A stretch of DNA of 64,000 nt from Candidatus Sulfomarinibacter kjeldsenii (GCA_014764485.1 JACXWA010000109.1:12769-76768); one strand, 5' to 3'; numbered from the stretch's first letter, positions 20,748 through 35,328 are shown. Notes: generated by a model from the letters alone, not told the origin. Numbers and translations: made by a program.

Positions 20748-22100
20748 TTATTTTCCGATGCAGAACGAGCCATAGATCTCGTCCAGCACGTCATCGGTCG
20801 AAACCTCCCCGATCAGCTCGTCGACTGCCCGTAGCGCCCAGCGAACATTTTCCGCGGCGGTGTCCGGACGCTCGACATCACAGGCTTCGAGTTCTGAGGC
20901 CGCCACCCCCAGGGCGCGACGGTGCCGCGCGGCTATGGCCACGGCGCCCCCGAGGTCCGGCACCTCACCCAAGATCCGCCGCAGAAGTTCGTGCCGAAAA
21001 TCTTCGAGGCCCTCTCCGCTGTGACAGGAAATGCCAAGCCAACCATCGGGGACCTTTTCCCCGGGGGCGAGGTCGATTTTCGAGCGGACTCGAATCGCCG
21101 GCAGGTTTGCGGCCTCCGCCGCAAGGTCGGCGTCGATCCCGGCATCCACCGCCCAGAGCACGACCGCAAGGTCGGCCGCCGCCGCGGCAGCCTGTGCACG
21201 ACGGTGCCCCTCTGCTTCAATCTCGTCGCCACCGACCCGCAGACCAGCCGTGTCCTGCACTACAATCCGCACGCCACCCAAGTCGAGCCCTGTCTCGACG
21301 AGGTCTCGAGTGGTTCCCGGACGAGGAGAGACGATTGCCCTTTCTGTTCCGGCTAAATAGTTGAAAAGAGTAGATTTGCCAGAATTCGGCGAGCCCAAAA
21401 TCACGAGTCGCATCCCCTCCCTCAGGCGCTCGCCGGCGCTGGCGGTTGCCAACAGGGCCGCCAATTGGCGGCGACATTCTTCCCGCTGGGCCGCCATCTC
21501 GCCGGCAGGAACCACGACGCCCTGGGCCTCATAGTCAAGCGATGCCTCGATGGTGGCGAGAAGCGTGACGAGCGTGGCGCGCAGCTCTCTGAACTGCACG
21601 GAGAGCGCTCCCGCGAGCTGTTGTCTCGCGTTACGGTGCTGCGAAGCTGTGTCCGCGGCAACCAGGTCGCGGATCGCCTCGGCTTGAACTAGGTCCAGTT
21701 TGCCGTTGGCTACGGCTCGTCGGGTGAACTCGCCGGCCCCGGCCAACCGCGCCCCCGCGGCGACAAACGCTTCGATAACGGCCTCGACCAAAAACGGCGA
21801 ACCGTGAACTGCGACCTCCAACATGTCCTCTCCGGTGAATGAGCGCGGCCCGGGGAATGAAGTCACCACTGCGCGCTCAAGGGGCTCACCCTCGGAATCG
21901 AGAACGGTGGTGAGGGTCGCTTTCCAGCCGGCTCCAAATCGGAGGTCCGGGCAGACCCGCGCCGCGCACTCCGGGGCCTGCGCGCCGCTGACGCGTATCA
22001 GCGCCAGCGCCCCGCGGCCCGCCGGCGTCGCCCGGGCGACGATGGTGTCAACGCCGCCGGCGAGGTCGGATGACAATCCGTTTGAGGAAGCCTTCACCAT
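20748..22100 (-). CDS. mnmE: tRNA modification GTPase MnmE (TrmE)
   Basis: Conserved DTIVARATP N-terminus, G-domain GSPNSGKST, C-terminal CIGK. Start is uncertain (ATG 22133, ATG 22100 or TTG 22076), and every option overlaps the jag 3' end. Confidence 0.88.
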   Translation of the reverse strand: MVKASSNGLSSDLAGGVDTIVARATPAGRGALALIRVSGAQAPECAARVCPDLRFGAGWKATLTTVLDSEGEPLERAVVTSFPGPRSFTGEDMLEVAVHGSPFLVEAVIEAFVAAGARLAGAGEFTRRAVANGKLDLVQAEAIRDLVAADTASQHRNARQQLAGALSVQFRELRATLVTLLATIEASLDYEAQGVVVPAGEMAAQREECRRQLAALLATASAGERLREGMRLVILGSPNSGKSTLFNYLAGTERAIVSPRPGTTRDLVETGLDLGGVRIVVQDTAGLRVGGDEIEAEGHRRAQAAAAAADLAVVLWAVDAGIDADLAAEAANLPAIRVRSKIDLAPGEKVPDGWLGISCHSGEGLEDFRHELLRRILGEVPDLGGAVAIAARHRRALGVAASELEACDVERPDTAAENVRWALRAVDELIGEVSTDDVLDEIYGSFCIGK

Positions 22101-22644
22101 CGGAGTCCGTCTCGACCCCGGGATCGTCGGCAAGCGCGAGGTGGATTTCGCGTCTTGCGGCCGGAGTCAGCGGGCCGAGCGTCACCGGTGCGCCACGACG
22201 AAGGGCCTCATCAGCCGCCGCCTCGGCCCGTTCCTGAAGCTTGTGTGCGCGGCGCTCCTTGAAACCATCACAGTCGAGATGCACCGGGCGGTGATCTGTG
22301 AGGCGCCGATTCAGAATTCGGTTACATAGATACTGGAGGGCATCGAGGCCACGGCCACCCGAGGCCGTCAGGAGATGAAGGTCCCCACCTTGAAGTTCAC
22401 TCTCCAGGGCTTCTTCGCGGTCGGCCAGGTGTGCGGTGATCTCGAGATCTCCAGCGCGAAAAGACTCCGACAAAAAGAGCCCGAGAACGGCAACGGGATC
22501 GACCTCAGCCTCGACCACGACCTCCGCCCCCTCGCCGGTTACCACGTCATAGTGGAGTTCCTCGAGCCGCGAGTTGAGACCGCTGCAAGCTGCACTCAAG
22601 GCCTCGTCGAGAGAGCCCCCCTGAAAGCTCTTGGGTTTATTCAT
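22048..22644 (-). CDS. Jag/KhpB-like RNA-binding protein (Jag_N, KH, R3H)
   Basis: 198 aa. Sits downstream of yidC with an ATGA overlap. R3H-type C-terminus. Confidence 0.8.
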   Translation of the reverse strand: MNKPKSFQGGSLDEALSAACSGLNSRLEELHYDVVTGEGAEVVVEAEVDPVAVLGLFLSESFRAGDLEITAHLADREEALESELQGGDLHLLTASGGRGLDALQYLCNRILNRRLTDHRPVHLDCDGFKERRAHKLQERAEAAADEALRRGAPVTLGPLTPAARREIHLALADDPGVETDSDGEGFLKRIVIRPRRRR

Positions 22645-24299
22645 GCCTTCCCGTCCTTCCGCGCCTTTTTCTTCGCGCCGCCACCGCCCCTTTTGCGCTC
22701 ACCGACGATGTGGAGGGTGATCTCCTGTTGGATGATCGTGATCACGTTGTTGGCGAGCCAGTACAGGACGAGGCCTGACGGAAACTGGAGAAACATGATG
22801 CCAAAAATCAGCGGCATCATTCGCATCAACCGCTGTTGTTGGGGGTCGCCGGCCTGCGGTGCGAGGCGCTGTTGGAGCCACATCGTCGCCGTCATGAGGA
22901 CCGGTGTCACATAGAGCGGGTCTTTCGCCGAAAGATCGGTGATCCACCAGATGAACGGCGCATGCCGGAGCTCGATCGCTTTCAAAAACAGCTGGTACAA
23001 GGCGAACAGCAGCGGCATCTGAACCAGCAGCGGCAAACACCCCGCCATCGGGTTTACGCCCTCCTGCTTATAAAGGGCCATCATCTCCTGGTTCATCTTG
23101 GCCCTGGCCTGGGGGTCGGACTTTTTCTTTTTGTGCTTCGCCTGGATCTCCTTGACCTTGGGCTGGACCTTGGCCATCTTGCGCATCGACACCGTCGATG
23201 TGTGCATGAGGGGGAAGAGTACGATCCGAATACCGAGCGTCAGGAGGATGATGGCCACACCCCAGTTGCCGACGAGGCCGTAGATCCAACGAAGCGCCTT
23301 CAGAAAGAACACCGCGATTGGTGTCAGAAACCACCCAAAGGTGAGGGTTTTTTCCACTCCCTGGTTGATTGACTGCAGGAGGTCGTACTCCTTGGGTGCC
23401 CCGAGCAGCTCGCCACGCAGCTGGCCCTGGCTCGGAACGACCGAAATCTGTAGGACGCGTTGTGCCTCCTCGTCGAGGGTGAATTCGAGAGGATCGATTC
23501 GAACCTCGGAGACGCCGCCATCGGGGCGCAACACATTGAGGAAATAGGCATCCTCGAAACCCGCAAAACTGAGCGCGCCCGCAGAGAGGACTCTTCGTTC
23601 CTCGACCTTGCGCCGCTTGAAACGGGTGATTTCCCCGTCCGCCAGGGTGACACCTTCGCCCCACAGGGCGAGACGGCTGTTGCGTTCGGTCTCGCCGAGA
23701 TCCCGCATGCCCGTACCGATGCTGATCGGCGATCCTGCCCTCGTGCCGGTCGCCGTAATCGCCACATCGAGCCCGTAACCCGATTCCGAGAGCGCCACTC
23801 GTTTGGTCACCGAGCTCCCGGCACCATCCGCCCAGCGAAAGAACACCGCCCCATCAATCCGTTCCACCTCATACAGGGCGTTGTCGGGGCCGTCGGCGGT
23901 AATCAACTGCAAGGGGCGACTGCTCTCGGAGAGCGGCACGGTCTGAATAAGATCAAGCGGCTGGCCGTCATCGTCGTCATAGCCCAAGAGTCGGTAGGAC
24001 GACACCGCCGCACCGCGATTGGTGAGCACAACAGCGATCTTGGCGTTGGCGAACTCCACCGTCTCTTCGATCGTAGCGCCCACGATCTCGTCACTCTCCA
24101 CGATGGCCTCGGCGACATCACCGCCCTCATCAGCGCCACTCGGGAGTCCCGCCACCGGCGCCGTGGCCTCCGGCGTTGCTCGCGGGCCGGCCGCGTCCGG
24201 CGGCGTCGGTTGCTGTCGCTGCGGGGGTGGGAAGATCACCGACCACGCCAGGAGAATCGCCGCCGACAACACAAAGGCCAGGAGTAGTCTTTTCTCCAT
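22641..24299 (-). CDS. yidC: Membrane protein insertase YidC
   Basis: Trimmed to ATG 24299 (MEKRLLLAFVLSAAILLAW). Conserved C-terminal core (NPMAGCLPLLVQMPLLFALY...FPSGLVLYW). Confidence 0.9.
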   Translation of the reverse strand: MEKRLLLAFVLSAAILLAWSVIFPPPQRQQPTPPDAAGPRATPEATAPVAGLPSGADEGGDVAEAIVESDEIVGATIEETVEFANAKIAVVLTNRGAAVSSYRLLGYDDDDGQPLDLIQTVPLSESSRPLQLITADGPDNALYEVERIDGAVFFRWADGAGSSVTKRVALSESGYGLDVAITATGTRAGSPISIGTGMRDLGETERNSRLALWGEGVTLADGEITRFKRRKVEERRVLSAGALSFAGFEDAYFLNVLRPDGGVSEVRIDPLEFTLDEEAQRVLQISVVPSQGQLRGELLGAPKEYDLLQSINQGVEKTLTFGWFLTPIAVFFLKALRWIYGLVGNWGVAIILLTLGIRIVLFPLMHTSTVSMRKMAKVQPKVKEIQAKHKKKKSDPQARAKMNQEMMALYKQEGVNPMAGCLPLLVQMPLLFALYQLFLKAIELRHAPFIWWITDLSAKDPLYVTPVLMTATMWLQQRLAPQAGDPQQQRLMRMMPLIFGIMFLQFPSGLVLYWLANNVITIIQQEITLHIVGERKRGGGGAKKKARKDGKA

Positions 24300-24322
24300 C
24301 CGCTCGTCGTCTTCCCCGCGCC

Positions 24323-24706
24323 CTATCCTGGGCGCGATTCTTGTGTGGCTATTTTCAGCGCACGGTGAACACTCGCCAGGAAATCCTGCTCGAGCTCTGA
24401 CCACGGCGCCGACGCACAGCTCCGCCGTGCGTTGATCACAGTGTCGGCGGGAAAGCCGTCGAATTCGTGCCGGTGGGTTCGGTATAGCTCTCGCAGCCGC
24501 CTTTTACAGCGCGAGCGCACAACCGCACCACCGACGCGACGTGAGGCCGTCACGCCGAACCTTCCTTCGTGTGCCTCCGCTCGCATGAGAAAAACCACCA
24601 CGTGCCGCCCGGCAGCCCGGGCGCCATCCTTGTATACCCTTTGAAAATCGGCCCTTCGCTTGAGCCGAGCCTTTGCTGGGAAATGGAAGCGCTGCTCAGA
24701 CAGCAA
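24323..24706 (-). CDS. rnpA: Ribonuclease P protein component
   Basis: RnpA motif ([12 protein letters not shown]...[17 protein letters not shown]). The ATG of the track ORF lies inside rpmH. The most plausible start is TTG 24706, which overlaps the rpmH stop; start uncertain. Confidence 0.8.
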   Translation of the reverse strand: MLSEQRFHFPAKARLKRRADFQRVYKDGARAAGRHVVVFLMRAEAHEGRFGVTASRRVGGAVVRSRCKRRLRELYRTHRHEFDGFPADTVINARRSCASAPWSELEQDFLASVHRALKIATQESRPG

Positions 24707-24830
24707 CCCGCTTGCGCCCCTTGCGGCGACGCGCGCGGAGCACACTACGGCCGCCCCGGGTGCGCATGCGAACCCGGAATCCGTGGGTTTTCTTGCGCTT
24801 GCGGTTGTTGGGTTGAAACGTTCTCTTCAT
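24696..24830 (-). CDS. rpmH: 50S ribosomal protein L34
   Basis: Hand translation gives [44 protein letters not shown] (44 aa). Below the ORF-track size cutoff. Classic rpmH-rnpA-yidC order. Confidence 0.92.
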   Translation of the reverse strand: MKRTFQPNNRKRKKTHGFRVRMRTRGGRSVLRARRRKGRKRVAV

Positions 24831-24999
24831 GATCTCTCTTTTCCCTAAATATCGGGCGCGTCACGATATCGTAGCTCGACATGGGTGTCAAGCGAGCCTG
24901 GAGGCTCCCCGGATGTGATGGACCCTTCGGTGGTCAGGGCCCCACAAGCATCATCGGGGCGAGGCAGCTTCTCGCCTCCATTTGTGTTAGCGTACTTCG

Positions 25000-26304
25000 A
25001 TGGACCGCTGGGAGCACCTGCAACCACATCTCCGGCAGATGATGGGTGATGAAGAGTATCGAACCTGGATCGCACCGCTGTCGGTCCTCGAGAAGACGGC
25101 CTCCGCCCTCACCTTGACCACGAAAAACGCGATTGTCGGCGATTGGGTTCGCGACCATCTGCTACGGGACATCGAGACCGTGGCGCGAAGTCACTTCGGT
25201 CCAGAGTTTCGAATCCTCATCAAATGGGCCGTGCCCGTGGATCCCGGGGTCGCGGTCGCGGGGCGGAAAGACAACACGGCGACGAGCTTCACCACCCATC
25301 CATACAACCCGGGCTTCACTTTTGATCGGTTTATTGTAGGAACCTCGAACCAGTTTGCGGCCGCAGCAGCCGAGGCGGTCGCGGAACAGCCCGGAAAGAC
25401 CTACAATCCACTGTATCTCTACGGGGGCTCCGGGCTCGGCAAAACCCACCTTCTACACGCCATAGCCAATCGGCTGGCCGAGATTTCTCCCAGCTTCAAG
25501 GTCGCCTATATGACGACCGAACAGTTCGTCAACGAACTTATCAACTGCATCCGCCGAAAGCAGATGGACGCTTTCCGACAGACCTTTCGTAGCGTCGACA
25601 TGCTGCTCCTCGATGATATCCAGTTCATCGCTGGCAAGGAACGAACCCAGGAGGAATTCTTTCACACCTTCAATACCCTCCAATCCACCAGCCGACAGGT
25701 TGTCTTCACCTCTGATGCTCGGCCGGCCGACATCCCGGGCCTCGAGGAACGGCTTCGGTCCCGCTTTTTGCAAGGTCTGATCGCTGATATCCAACCGCCA
25801 GACCTCGAAACCCGCTGTGCCATCCTGCGCGAGAAGGCGCGAGCCATCGGCCGCGAACTCCCTGAAGACGTGGTCTTATTCATATCGCGCAGGGTTCAGA
25901 ATAACGTCCGGGAACTCGAGGGGTGTCTCAATCGAACCATAGCGTACGCTCAGCTCAAGAGTTCGAAGATCACGGTGGATGTTGTCCGCCTCGCACTCTT
26001 TGAACTCCTGCCCGATGAGCGCGCCACATCACCATCCGATATCATTCGCTTTGTCGCCCAACACTACGGGGTTCGAGTTGCCGATCTCAAGGGGCGCTCC
26101 AACCGCCGTTCCATCGCGCTCCCCAGACAGGTCTCCATGTATCTCATCCGCGACATTCTCGAACTGAGCTTTCCTGAGATTGGTCGGATTTTTTCCAAAC
26201 ATCATTCGACTGTCATGTACGCTGTCGACTCTGTTCAGAAAATGCGCCAATCAAATCCCGACTTTGATGCCACCCTGACCTCCTTTCGAGAACATTTCGT
26301 TTGA
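25000..26304 (+). CDS. dnaA: Chromosomal replication initiator DnaA
   Basis: 434 aa. AAA+ Walker A GGSGLGKTHLL and the domain IV DNA-binding helix (HSTVMYA). Confidence 0.95.
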   Translation: MDRWEHLQPHLRQMMGDEEYRTWIAPLSVLEKTASALTLTTKNAIVGDWVRDHLLRDIETVARSHFGPEFRILIKWAVPVDPGVAVAGRKDNTATSFTTHPYNPGFTFDRFIVGTSNQFAAAAAEAVAEQPGKTYNPLYLYGGSGLGKTHLLHAIANRLAEISPSFKVAYMTTEQFVNELINCIRRKQMDAFRQTFRSVDMLLLDDIQFIAGKERTQEEFFHTFNTLQSTSRQVVFTSDARPADIPGLEERLRSRFLQGLIADIQPPDLETRCAILREKARAIGRELPEDVVLFISRRVQNNVRELEGCLNRTIAYAQLKSSKITVDVVRLALFELLPDERATSPSDIIRFVAQHYGVRVADLKGRSNRRSIALPRQVSMYLIRDILELSFPEIGRIFSKHHSTVMYAVDSVQKMRQSNPDFDATLTSFREHFV

Positions 26305-26543
26305 CCCTGTGTACGATACTTGTGGAAGGCGTGTGGATAGGTTGTGGTCTTCTGCGGAAAGCTGGGGTTTTCCACAATTCGGCACAGCTTCGCACAGCCA
26401 CAATACACAACCGGGCGAGCCATTTAACTTTATTTTTTTGAATTATTTACGAGAAATCTCCGCAGATTCCACTGGCTCGACGACGATGACGATTCATGTT
26501 ATATTTTGCATGAAAAGTACGTCGTCGTCATAAGAAAGGGTGG
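26305..26543. promoter_or_regulatory. oriC: Candidate oriC (DnaA-box cluster plus AT-rich unwinding region)
   Basis: Boxes close to TTATCCACA or its complement: TGTGGAAGG 26321-26329, TGTGGATAG 26332-26340, TGTGGTCT 26343-26350, TTTTCCACA 26368-26376. AT-rich run at 26421-26458. Gene-strand switch at this locus. Confidence 0.6.
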
Positions 26544-27650
26544 GTGATGGAACTCAAGTTGCAACGCAACCTCGTCCTTCAGGAGCTCTCCATCCTGCAA
26601 GGTGTCGTCGAGCACCGGACGACCATACCGATACTTTCGAGCATTTTGGTTGAGGCTGAGGAAAACCGTCTGCGGATGGTGGCCACCGATCTCGACATGA
26701 CAATTGTCACGGAGTGTCCGGCTTCTATCCACGGAGGTGGTCGAGCGACGCTCGAGAGCAAGGTGTTTCAGAATCTGGTTCGTTCTTTACCAGAAGAGGA
26801 GTTCACTCTCCGCCAGGACGGAGATGCGGTAGAAATTGAATGTGGTCGTTTCCACTCCAGAATGGCTGTTTCCGATCCTTCGGAGTATCCGACCGTACCT
26901 GAGGTTCCCCAAGCCGGTGACTACGCGCTTCCGTTGGATCTATTTCAACTGATGTTGGACCGGGTCGCGTTTGCGATCACAAAGGATGATCCAAAGTTTC
27001 AATTAAACGGCGCCCTGGTGAAGCTGATTCCGGGCGAAATCGAAATTGCGGCCACCGATGGTCACCGCCTGGCGATGGTGAGGGCGAAGGCTCCGGGGGG
27101 AGACGCTCCTTTCGAGCAGCAGCTCTTCCCGCGAAAATTACTGGCGGAGTTTTCGCGATTTGGTGACGAAGAGGTACAGATATCTGCAGGTGATAACCAC
27201 CTCGGTTTTCTGATGGGTGAGCGGACGCTTGTATCGCGGATCGTGGAACTTCGGTTTCCACAATACGAACGAGTCATCGTCCGCGACAACCCGAATCGAG
27301 CCCGGGTCGACCGTAAGGAGCTGTTGGCTTCGCTCCGAAGGGTCAGCCTGATGGCGCATGAGAAGGCGCGCGGTGTCAGATTTCGCTTTGACTCAGGGGG
27401 CGAACTAACCCTGGTTTCAATCGGTTATGAGCGGGGCAGCGCAGAAGAGACACTCAACGTGACCTATCAAGGAGATGGCTTGGAAATTGCGTTGAATGCC
27501 AGTTATCTCATCGATGTACTGCAGGCACTAGAGTGCGAAACTGTTGAGCTCCAGCTGCGGGATAGTAATACCCAGTGCGTGGTGGTGCCGGTCGAAGACG
27601 ATCCTCGCCTCGAGGAGTACATCTACGTGCTGATGCCGATGCGTTTGTAG
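26544..27650 (+). CDS. dnaN: DNA polymerase III beta sliding clamp
   Basis: 368 aa. Beta-clamp family; GTG 26544 or ATG 26547 start; dnaA-dnaN-recF-gyrB order. Confidence 0.93.
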   Translation: MMELKLQRNLVLQELSILQGVVEHRTTIPILSSILVEAEENRLRMVATDLDMTIVTECPASIHGGGRATLESKVFQNLVRSLPEEEFTLRQDGDAVEIECGRFHSRMAVSDPSEYPTVPEVPQAGDYALPLDLFQLMLDRVAFAITKDDPKFQLNGALVKLIPGEIEIAATDGHRLAMVRAKAPGGDAPFEQQLFPRKLLAEFSRFGDEEVQISAGDNHLGFLMGERTLVSRIVELRFPQYERVIVRDNPNRARVDRKELLASLRRVSLMAHEKARGVRFRFDSGGELTLVSIGYERGSAEETLNVTYQGDGLEIALNASYLIDVLQALECETVELQLRDSNTQCVVVPVEDDPRLEEYIYVLMPMRL

Positions 27651-27756
27651 GCGCGGCGCGCGACACAAAATGGTGTCCCCCGCTCTGATTCAGCCGCGTG
27701 GCGAATAACAGCGTCAAGCGAGCAAACCAGAAACTGGCAAGGACGGTACGTTTGCT

Positions 27757-31267
<3,511 letters not shown>

Positions 31268-33799
31268 ATGGCCGATCAGTCGTCTCCGCCCCGCGCCGAC
31301 CGGGTGCATGTGACCATAGAGGAAGAGCTCAAGAAGTCATATCTCGACTACGCGATGTCGGTGATCATCGGTCGCGCGCTGCCCGATGTGCGAGATGGAT
31401 TGAAGCCGGTGCATCGGCGGATTCTTTATGGCATGTGGGAGGGTGGCAGCACCGCCTCGCGAGCCTATAAAAAATCGGCGCGGATCGTCGGTGATGTCAT
31501 GGGTAAGTACCACCCTCATGGGGACCAGGCGATCTACGACACCGCCGTCCGCATGGCCCAGGACTTCTCCATGCGCTACCCCCTGGTCGACGGCCAGGGC
31601 AACTTCGGTTCCGTTGACGGAGATTCGCCGGCGGCGATGCGGTACACCGAAGTTCGGTTGACCCGGGTGGCGGAGGAACTACTCGGCGACGACATCGCAA
31701 AGGAAACGGTGGAGTGGGCGCCCAACTACGACGGCTCGATGAGCGAGCCAACTCTTCTCCCGGCGCGCATTCCCAATCTTCTGGTCAACGGCTCCTCTGG
31801 AATCGCCGTCGGAATGGCCACCAACATCCCCCCCCACAACCTCAGCGAGACAGTAGACGCAGCGATTGCTCTGCTCGGCGACCCCGAGCTCACCGTTGAA
31901 GATCTGATGGGCTTCGTGCCCGGGCCCGATTTTCCAACTGCCGGATTTATCCTTGGCCGCAAGGGGATCTACGATGCCTACACGACGGGTCGCGGAATTG
32001 TGCGCATGCAGGCGCGGACCCGCATCCGGGAAGCCGAGAAGAAGAAGCGGGCTGCGATCATCGTCAGCGAGTTGCCGTACCAGGTGAACAAGGCGCGCCT
32101 GGTCGAACAGATCGCGACCTTGGTCCAGAACAAGCGCCTCGAGGGCATCGCGGATCTGCGTGATGAGTCCGATCGAGACGGCATTCGGGTAGTGATTGAA
32201 CTCAAGCGCGATGCCGTACCCGAGGTCGTGCAGAACAACCTCTACAAGCTGACCCAGATGCGGACCACCTTTGGAATCAATCTCCTTGGGGTCATCAACA
32301 ACCAGCCCAAAGTCTTCAACCTCAAAGAGCTGTTGCAGCACTTTCTCGACCACCGCCGCGAGGTCGTCGTGCGCCGCACGGCCTACGACCTTTCCCGCGC
32401 CCGCGACCGCGTCCATATTCTCGAGGGCCTGGTCATTGCCCTTGACAACCTCGATGCCGTCATCGCCCTCATACGAGGCGCGGCGGATCCCGAAGCTGCG
32501 CGAGGCGGGCTGATGGAAGAGTTTGGCCTTTCGCAGGTCCAGGCGCAGGCAATCCTCGATATGCGGCTGCAGCGCCTGACCGGGCTCGAGCGAGACAAGA
32601 TCATCGAAGAGCACGCCGAGGTCCGCAAGCTCATCGCCCACCTCGAGGCGGTCCTTGAGTCCGACGTCATGGTGGCCGAGATTATCGCAGAGGAGCTTGC
32701 CGAGGCGAAGAAGAAGTACGGCGACTCGCGGAGATCCGAGATCATCGAAGACCCGAGCGAGATCTCAATCGAGGATCTGATCGCCGAAGAGGAAATGGTA
32801 ATCACCGTCTCCCGCGGCGGGTACGTCAAACGCTCCGCCGCTGCGACATACCGCGCGCAGCGGCGCGGTGGCCGTGGGCGCCGGGGCATGGGGATCAAGG
32901 ACGAGGACGAGGTCTGGAAGCTTTTCGTCGCCTCTACCCACGCAACGATGCTGTTCTTCACGTCGACCGGGCGAGTCTTCGTGCGTAAGGTCCATGAGCT
33001 TCCAGATGTCGGCCCCACGGCCCGCGGCCGCAACCTTGTGAACCTGCTCCAGCTCGCCCCGGGCGAGAATGTGCGGGCACTGCTGGCAGTCAGGGATTTT
33101 TCGGAACATGAAGATTCGTTCCTCTTTTTCGCAACACGCCTCGGGAGGGTCAAGCGAACGCCTCTTCGTGAATATGCCAACATCCGCGCGAATGGCTTGC
33201 GGGCAGTGGTCATCAACGAGGGCGACAATCTTCTCTCGGTACGCCTGACCGATGGCGCCACCCACGTTTTTATGGGCACGAATCGTGGAATGGCGATTCG
33301 CTTCGAGGAGACCGATGTCCGATCGATGGGTCGAGTCACTGCCGGCGTGCGGGGCGTCAATCTCCGCAAGGGAGACTTCGTAGAGGAGTTCGCCGCCTTC
33401 GATCCGGCCGAAGAAAACGACATCTTGGTTGTGACCAATCTCGGTTACGGCAAGCGCACCCAGATTTCCGAATTTCGCATTCAGCGGCGGGGCGGTTTTG
33501 GTATCAAGCTCATCCAGCTGACCAAGAAGAACGGAGAAGTGGCCGCAATCCGTTATGTCCGCGAAGAGGACGAAATCCTTGTCGTTACCGAGGGTGGGAT
33601 GATGATTCGGACCAATGTCGCCGGGATTTCACGCTATGGTCGTGCCGCCCAGGGTGTGCGGGTGATACGCCTCGCCGAGGGCGATCGCGTGGTGTCGGTC
33701 GCGCGGGCGGAGGCTGTTGAGGACGAGGATGACGACTTTGAAACCGAAGAGGTGGTAGACAACGGAGACGAGCGGCCCGCTGCCGAGAGCCCGGAGTAG
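31268..33799 (+). CDS. gyrA: DNA gyrase subunit A
   Basis: 843 aa. Active-site region AAMRYTE and GyrA-box beta-pinwheel repeats. Confidence 0.97.
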   Translation: MADQSSPPRADRVHVTIEEELKKSYLDYAMSVIIGRALPDVRDGLKPVHRRILYGMWEGGSTASRAYKKSARIVGDVMGKYHPHGDQAIYDTAVRMAQDFSMRYPLVDGQGNFGSVDGDSPAAMRYTEVRLTRVAEELLGDDIAKETVEWAPNYDGSMSEPTLLPARIPNLLVNGSSGIAVGMATNIPPHNLSETVDAAIALLGDPELTVEDLMGFVPGPDFPTAGFILGRKGIYDAYTTGRGIVRMQARTRIREAEKKKRAAIIVSELPYQVNKARLVEQIATLVQNKRLEGIADLRDESDRDGIRVVIELKRDAVPEVVQNNLYKLTQMRTTFGINLLGVINNQPKVFNLKELLQHFLDHRREVVVRRTAYDLSRARDRVHILEGLVIALDNLDAVIALIRGAADPEAARGGLMEEFGLSQVQAQAILDMRLQRLTGLERDKIIEEHAEVRKLIAHLEAVLESDVMVAEIIAEELAEAKKKYGDSRRSEIIEDPSEISIEDLIAEEEMVITVSRGGYVKRSAAATYRAQRRGGRGRRGMGIKDEDEVWKLFVASTHATMLFFTSTGRVFVRKVHELPDVGPTARGRNLVNLLQLAPGENVRALLAVRDFSEHEDSFLFFATRLGRVKRTPLREYANIRANGLRAVVINEGDNLLSVRLTDGATHVFMGTNRGMAIRFEETDVRSMGRVTAGVRGVNLRKGDFVEEFAAFDPAEENDILVVTNLGYGKRTQISEFRIQRRGGFGIKLIQLTKKNGEVAAIRYVREEDEILVVTEGGMMIRTNVAGISRYGRAAQGVRVIRLAEGDRVVSVARAEAVEDEDDDFETEEVVDNGDERPAAESPE

Positions 33800-33818
33800 T
33801 CTGGCCACAAGTATCAAC

Positions 33819-34376
33819 ATGGGTCCACACGAAGAGCCCTCACCCCGAGCGATCCCGGCTGTCGCGATCATTCACCAAGAAGGGGTGATCGGCGTCATCG
33901 CGCTGGTTGGACTGTCCCTTCGTCCGGAAGGGGTGCTGGGCGGCCTCGCGCCCCGCGGGTCGTTGGCCACCGGGGTGTTCACAGGAGTCGTCGCGGGTGC
34001 ACTTTGCGCCGCCGGGCTTTGGGCCCTGCGCCGCCTTCCGGCGCTCGCCGATCTCGAGGCATGGCAACAGCGGATGGCGCGGAACTGGACGGTCACGGAC
34101 GCAGCCGCCGTGGCGGCCTTCTCTGGACTGGCCGAGGAAGCCCTGATCCGAGCGCTGTTGCAGCCGGTCATCGGTCTGCTGCCCGCCGCCCTGCTCTTTG
34201 CGGTGCTCCACGTCGTTCCAGACCGCCGACTCTGGCTGTGGCCGGTGCTCGCCTGTGCGCTCGGTGTGGGATTGGGTATGATTTTCGAGTTCGGCGGCTA
34301 CCCGGCAGCGGCTGCCGCCCACATCGCAATCAACGCTTTCGCATTGCTCCGCTTACGGCGAACGTCTGTGGAATGA
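33819..34376 (+). CDS. CPBP family intramembrane glutamic endopeptidase (CAAX protease-like)
   Basis: 185 aa, multi-TM. Motifs EEALIR, FAVLHV and AAHIAIN match the CPBP EExxxR / FxxxH / HxxxN pattern. Confidence 0.7.
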   Translation: MGPHEEPSPRAIPAVAIIHQEGVIGVIALVGLSLRPEGVLGGLAPRGSLATGVFTGVVAGALCAAGLWALRRLPALADLEAWQQRMARNWTVTDAAAVAAFSGLAEEALIRALLQPVIGLLPAALLFAVLHVVPDRRLWLWPVLACALGVGLGMIFEFGGYPAAAAAHIAINAFALLRLRRTSVE

Positions 34377-34437
34377 GGCGGGACATGAGGAGTTTTCACT
34401 GGTGTGTACAATGAAGCCGAGCTGAGGGAGGAAGACC

Positions 34438-35325
34438 ATGGACCATCAGGATTCCCAGTTTCGAGTGAAGGTTGGGCTGGCGGAAATGCTCAAGGGCGGC
34501 GTGATCATGGATGTCACCACCGCCGAGCAGGCGAAGATCGCGGAAGACGCCGGCGCGGCGGCGGTGATGGCCCTCGAAAGGGTGCCGGCCGATATTCGGG
34601 TGCAGGGCGGAGTGGCCCGAATGTCGTCGATCGAAAAGATCCATGAAATCCAGGAGACGGTATCGATCCCAGTCATGGCCAAAGTCCGCATCGGCCATAT
34701 CGCTGAGGCCAGAATGCTCGAGGCGCTCGAGGTTGACTTCATCGACGAGAGTGAAGTCCTGACTCCCGCTGATGAGGAAAACCACATTTCCAAACACCCC
34801 TTCAAGATCCCCTTCGTCTGTGGCTGCCGCAATCTCGGAGAAGCCCTGCGACGGATCGGTGAGGGCGCAGCCATGATCCGCACCAAGGGTGAGGCGGGCT
34901 CTGGGGACATCGTCGAAGGGGTCCGCCATCTGCGCGCGGTGCAGCGTGGAATTCGGACCCTGACGATTCTCGAAGAGGACGAGCTGATGAGCCACGCGAA
35001 GGAGCTCCAGGCGCCCTTCGAGCTGGTCCGCTGGGTGGCCGAAAACGGCCATTTGCCGGTGCCCAACTTTGCTGCTGGCGGGGTCGCCACCCCAGCCGAT
35101 GCGGCCCTGTGCATGATGCTTGGGGCGGAATCCGTCTTCGTGGGATCGGGAGTTTTCAAATCCGACGACCCCGAGCTTCGTGGGCGCGCGATCGTCCAGG
35201 CGGTCACTCACTGGCAAGACCCGGCGAAACTGGTCGAAATTTCCCGCGACCTGGGCGAGGCAATGCACGGCCTCGAGGTAGGGAAGTTGACCCCGGAAGA
35301 AATGCTGTCACGCAGGGGGTGGTAG
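34438..35325 (+). CDS. pdxS: Pyridoxal 5'-phosphate synthase lyase subunit PdxS
   Basis: 295 aa. Highly conserved PdxS sequence (GGVIMDV...[18 protein letters not shown]). Confidence 0.95.
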   Translation: MDHQDSQFRVKVGLAEMLKGGVIMDVTTAEQAKIAEDAGAAAVMALERVPADIRVQGGVARMSSIEKIHEIQETVSIPVMAKVRIGHIAEARMLEALEVDFIDESEVLTPADEENHISKHPFKIPFVCGCRNLGEALRRIGEGAAMIRTKGEAGSGDIVEGVRHLRAVQRGIRTLTILEEDELMSHAKELQAPFELVRWVAENGHLPVPNFAAGGVATPADAALCMMLGAESVFVGSGVFKSDDPELRGRAIVQAVTHWQDPAKLVEISRDLGEAMHGLEVGKLTPEEMLSRRGW

Positions 35326-35328
35326 TCA

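Noticed and set aside
24300-24322. Expected yidD between rnpA and yidC
   Set aside because: Only 23 bp separate the two genes, and no small ORF with a YidD motif overlaps either one.
31679-33438. Two long minus-strand ORFs (320 aa and 351 aa) inside gyrA
   Set aside because: Both are antisense to a full-length, highly conserved gyrA. Their composition is R/S/A-rich and domain-free.
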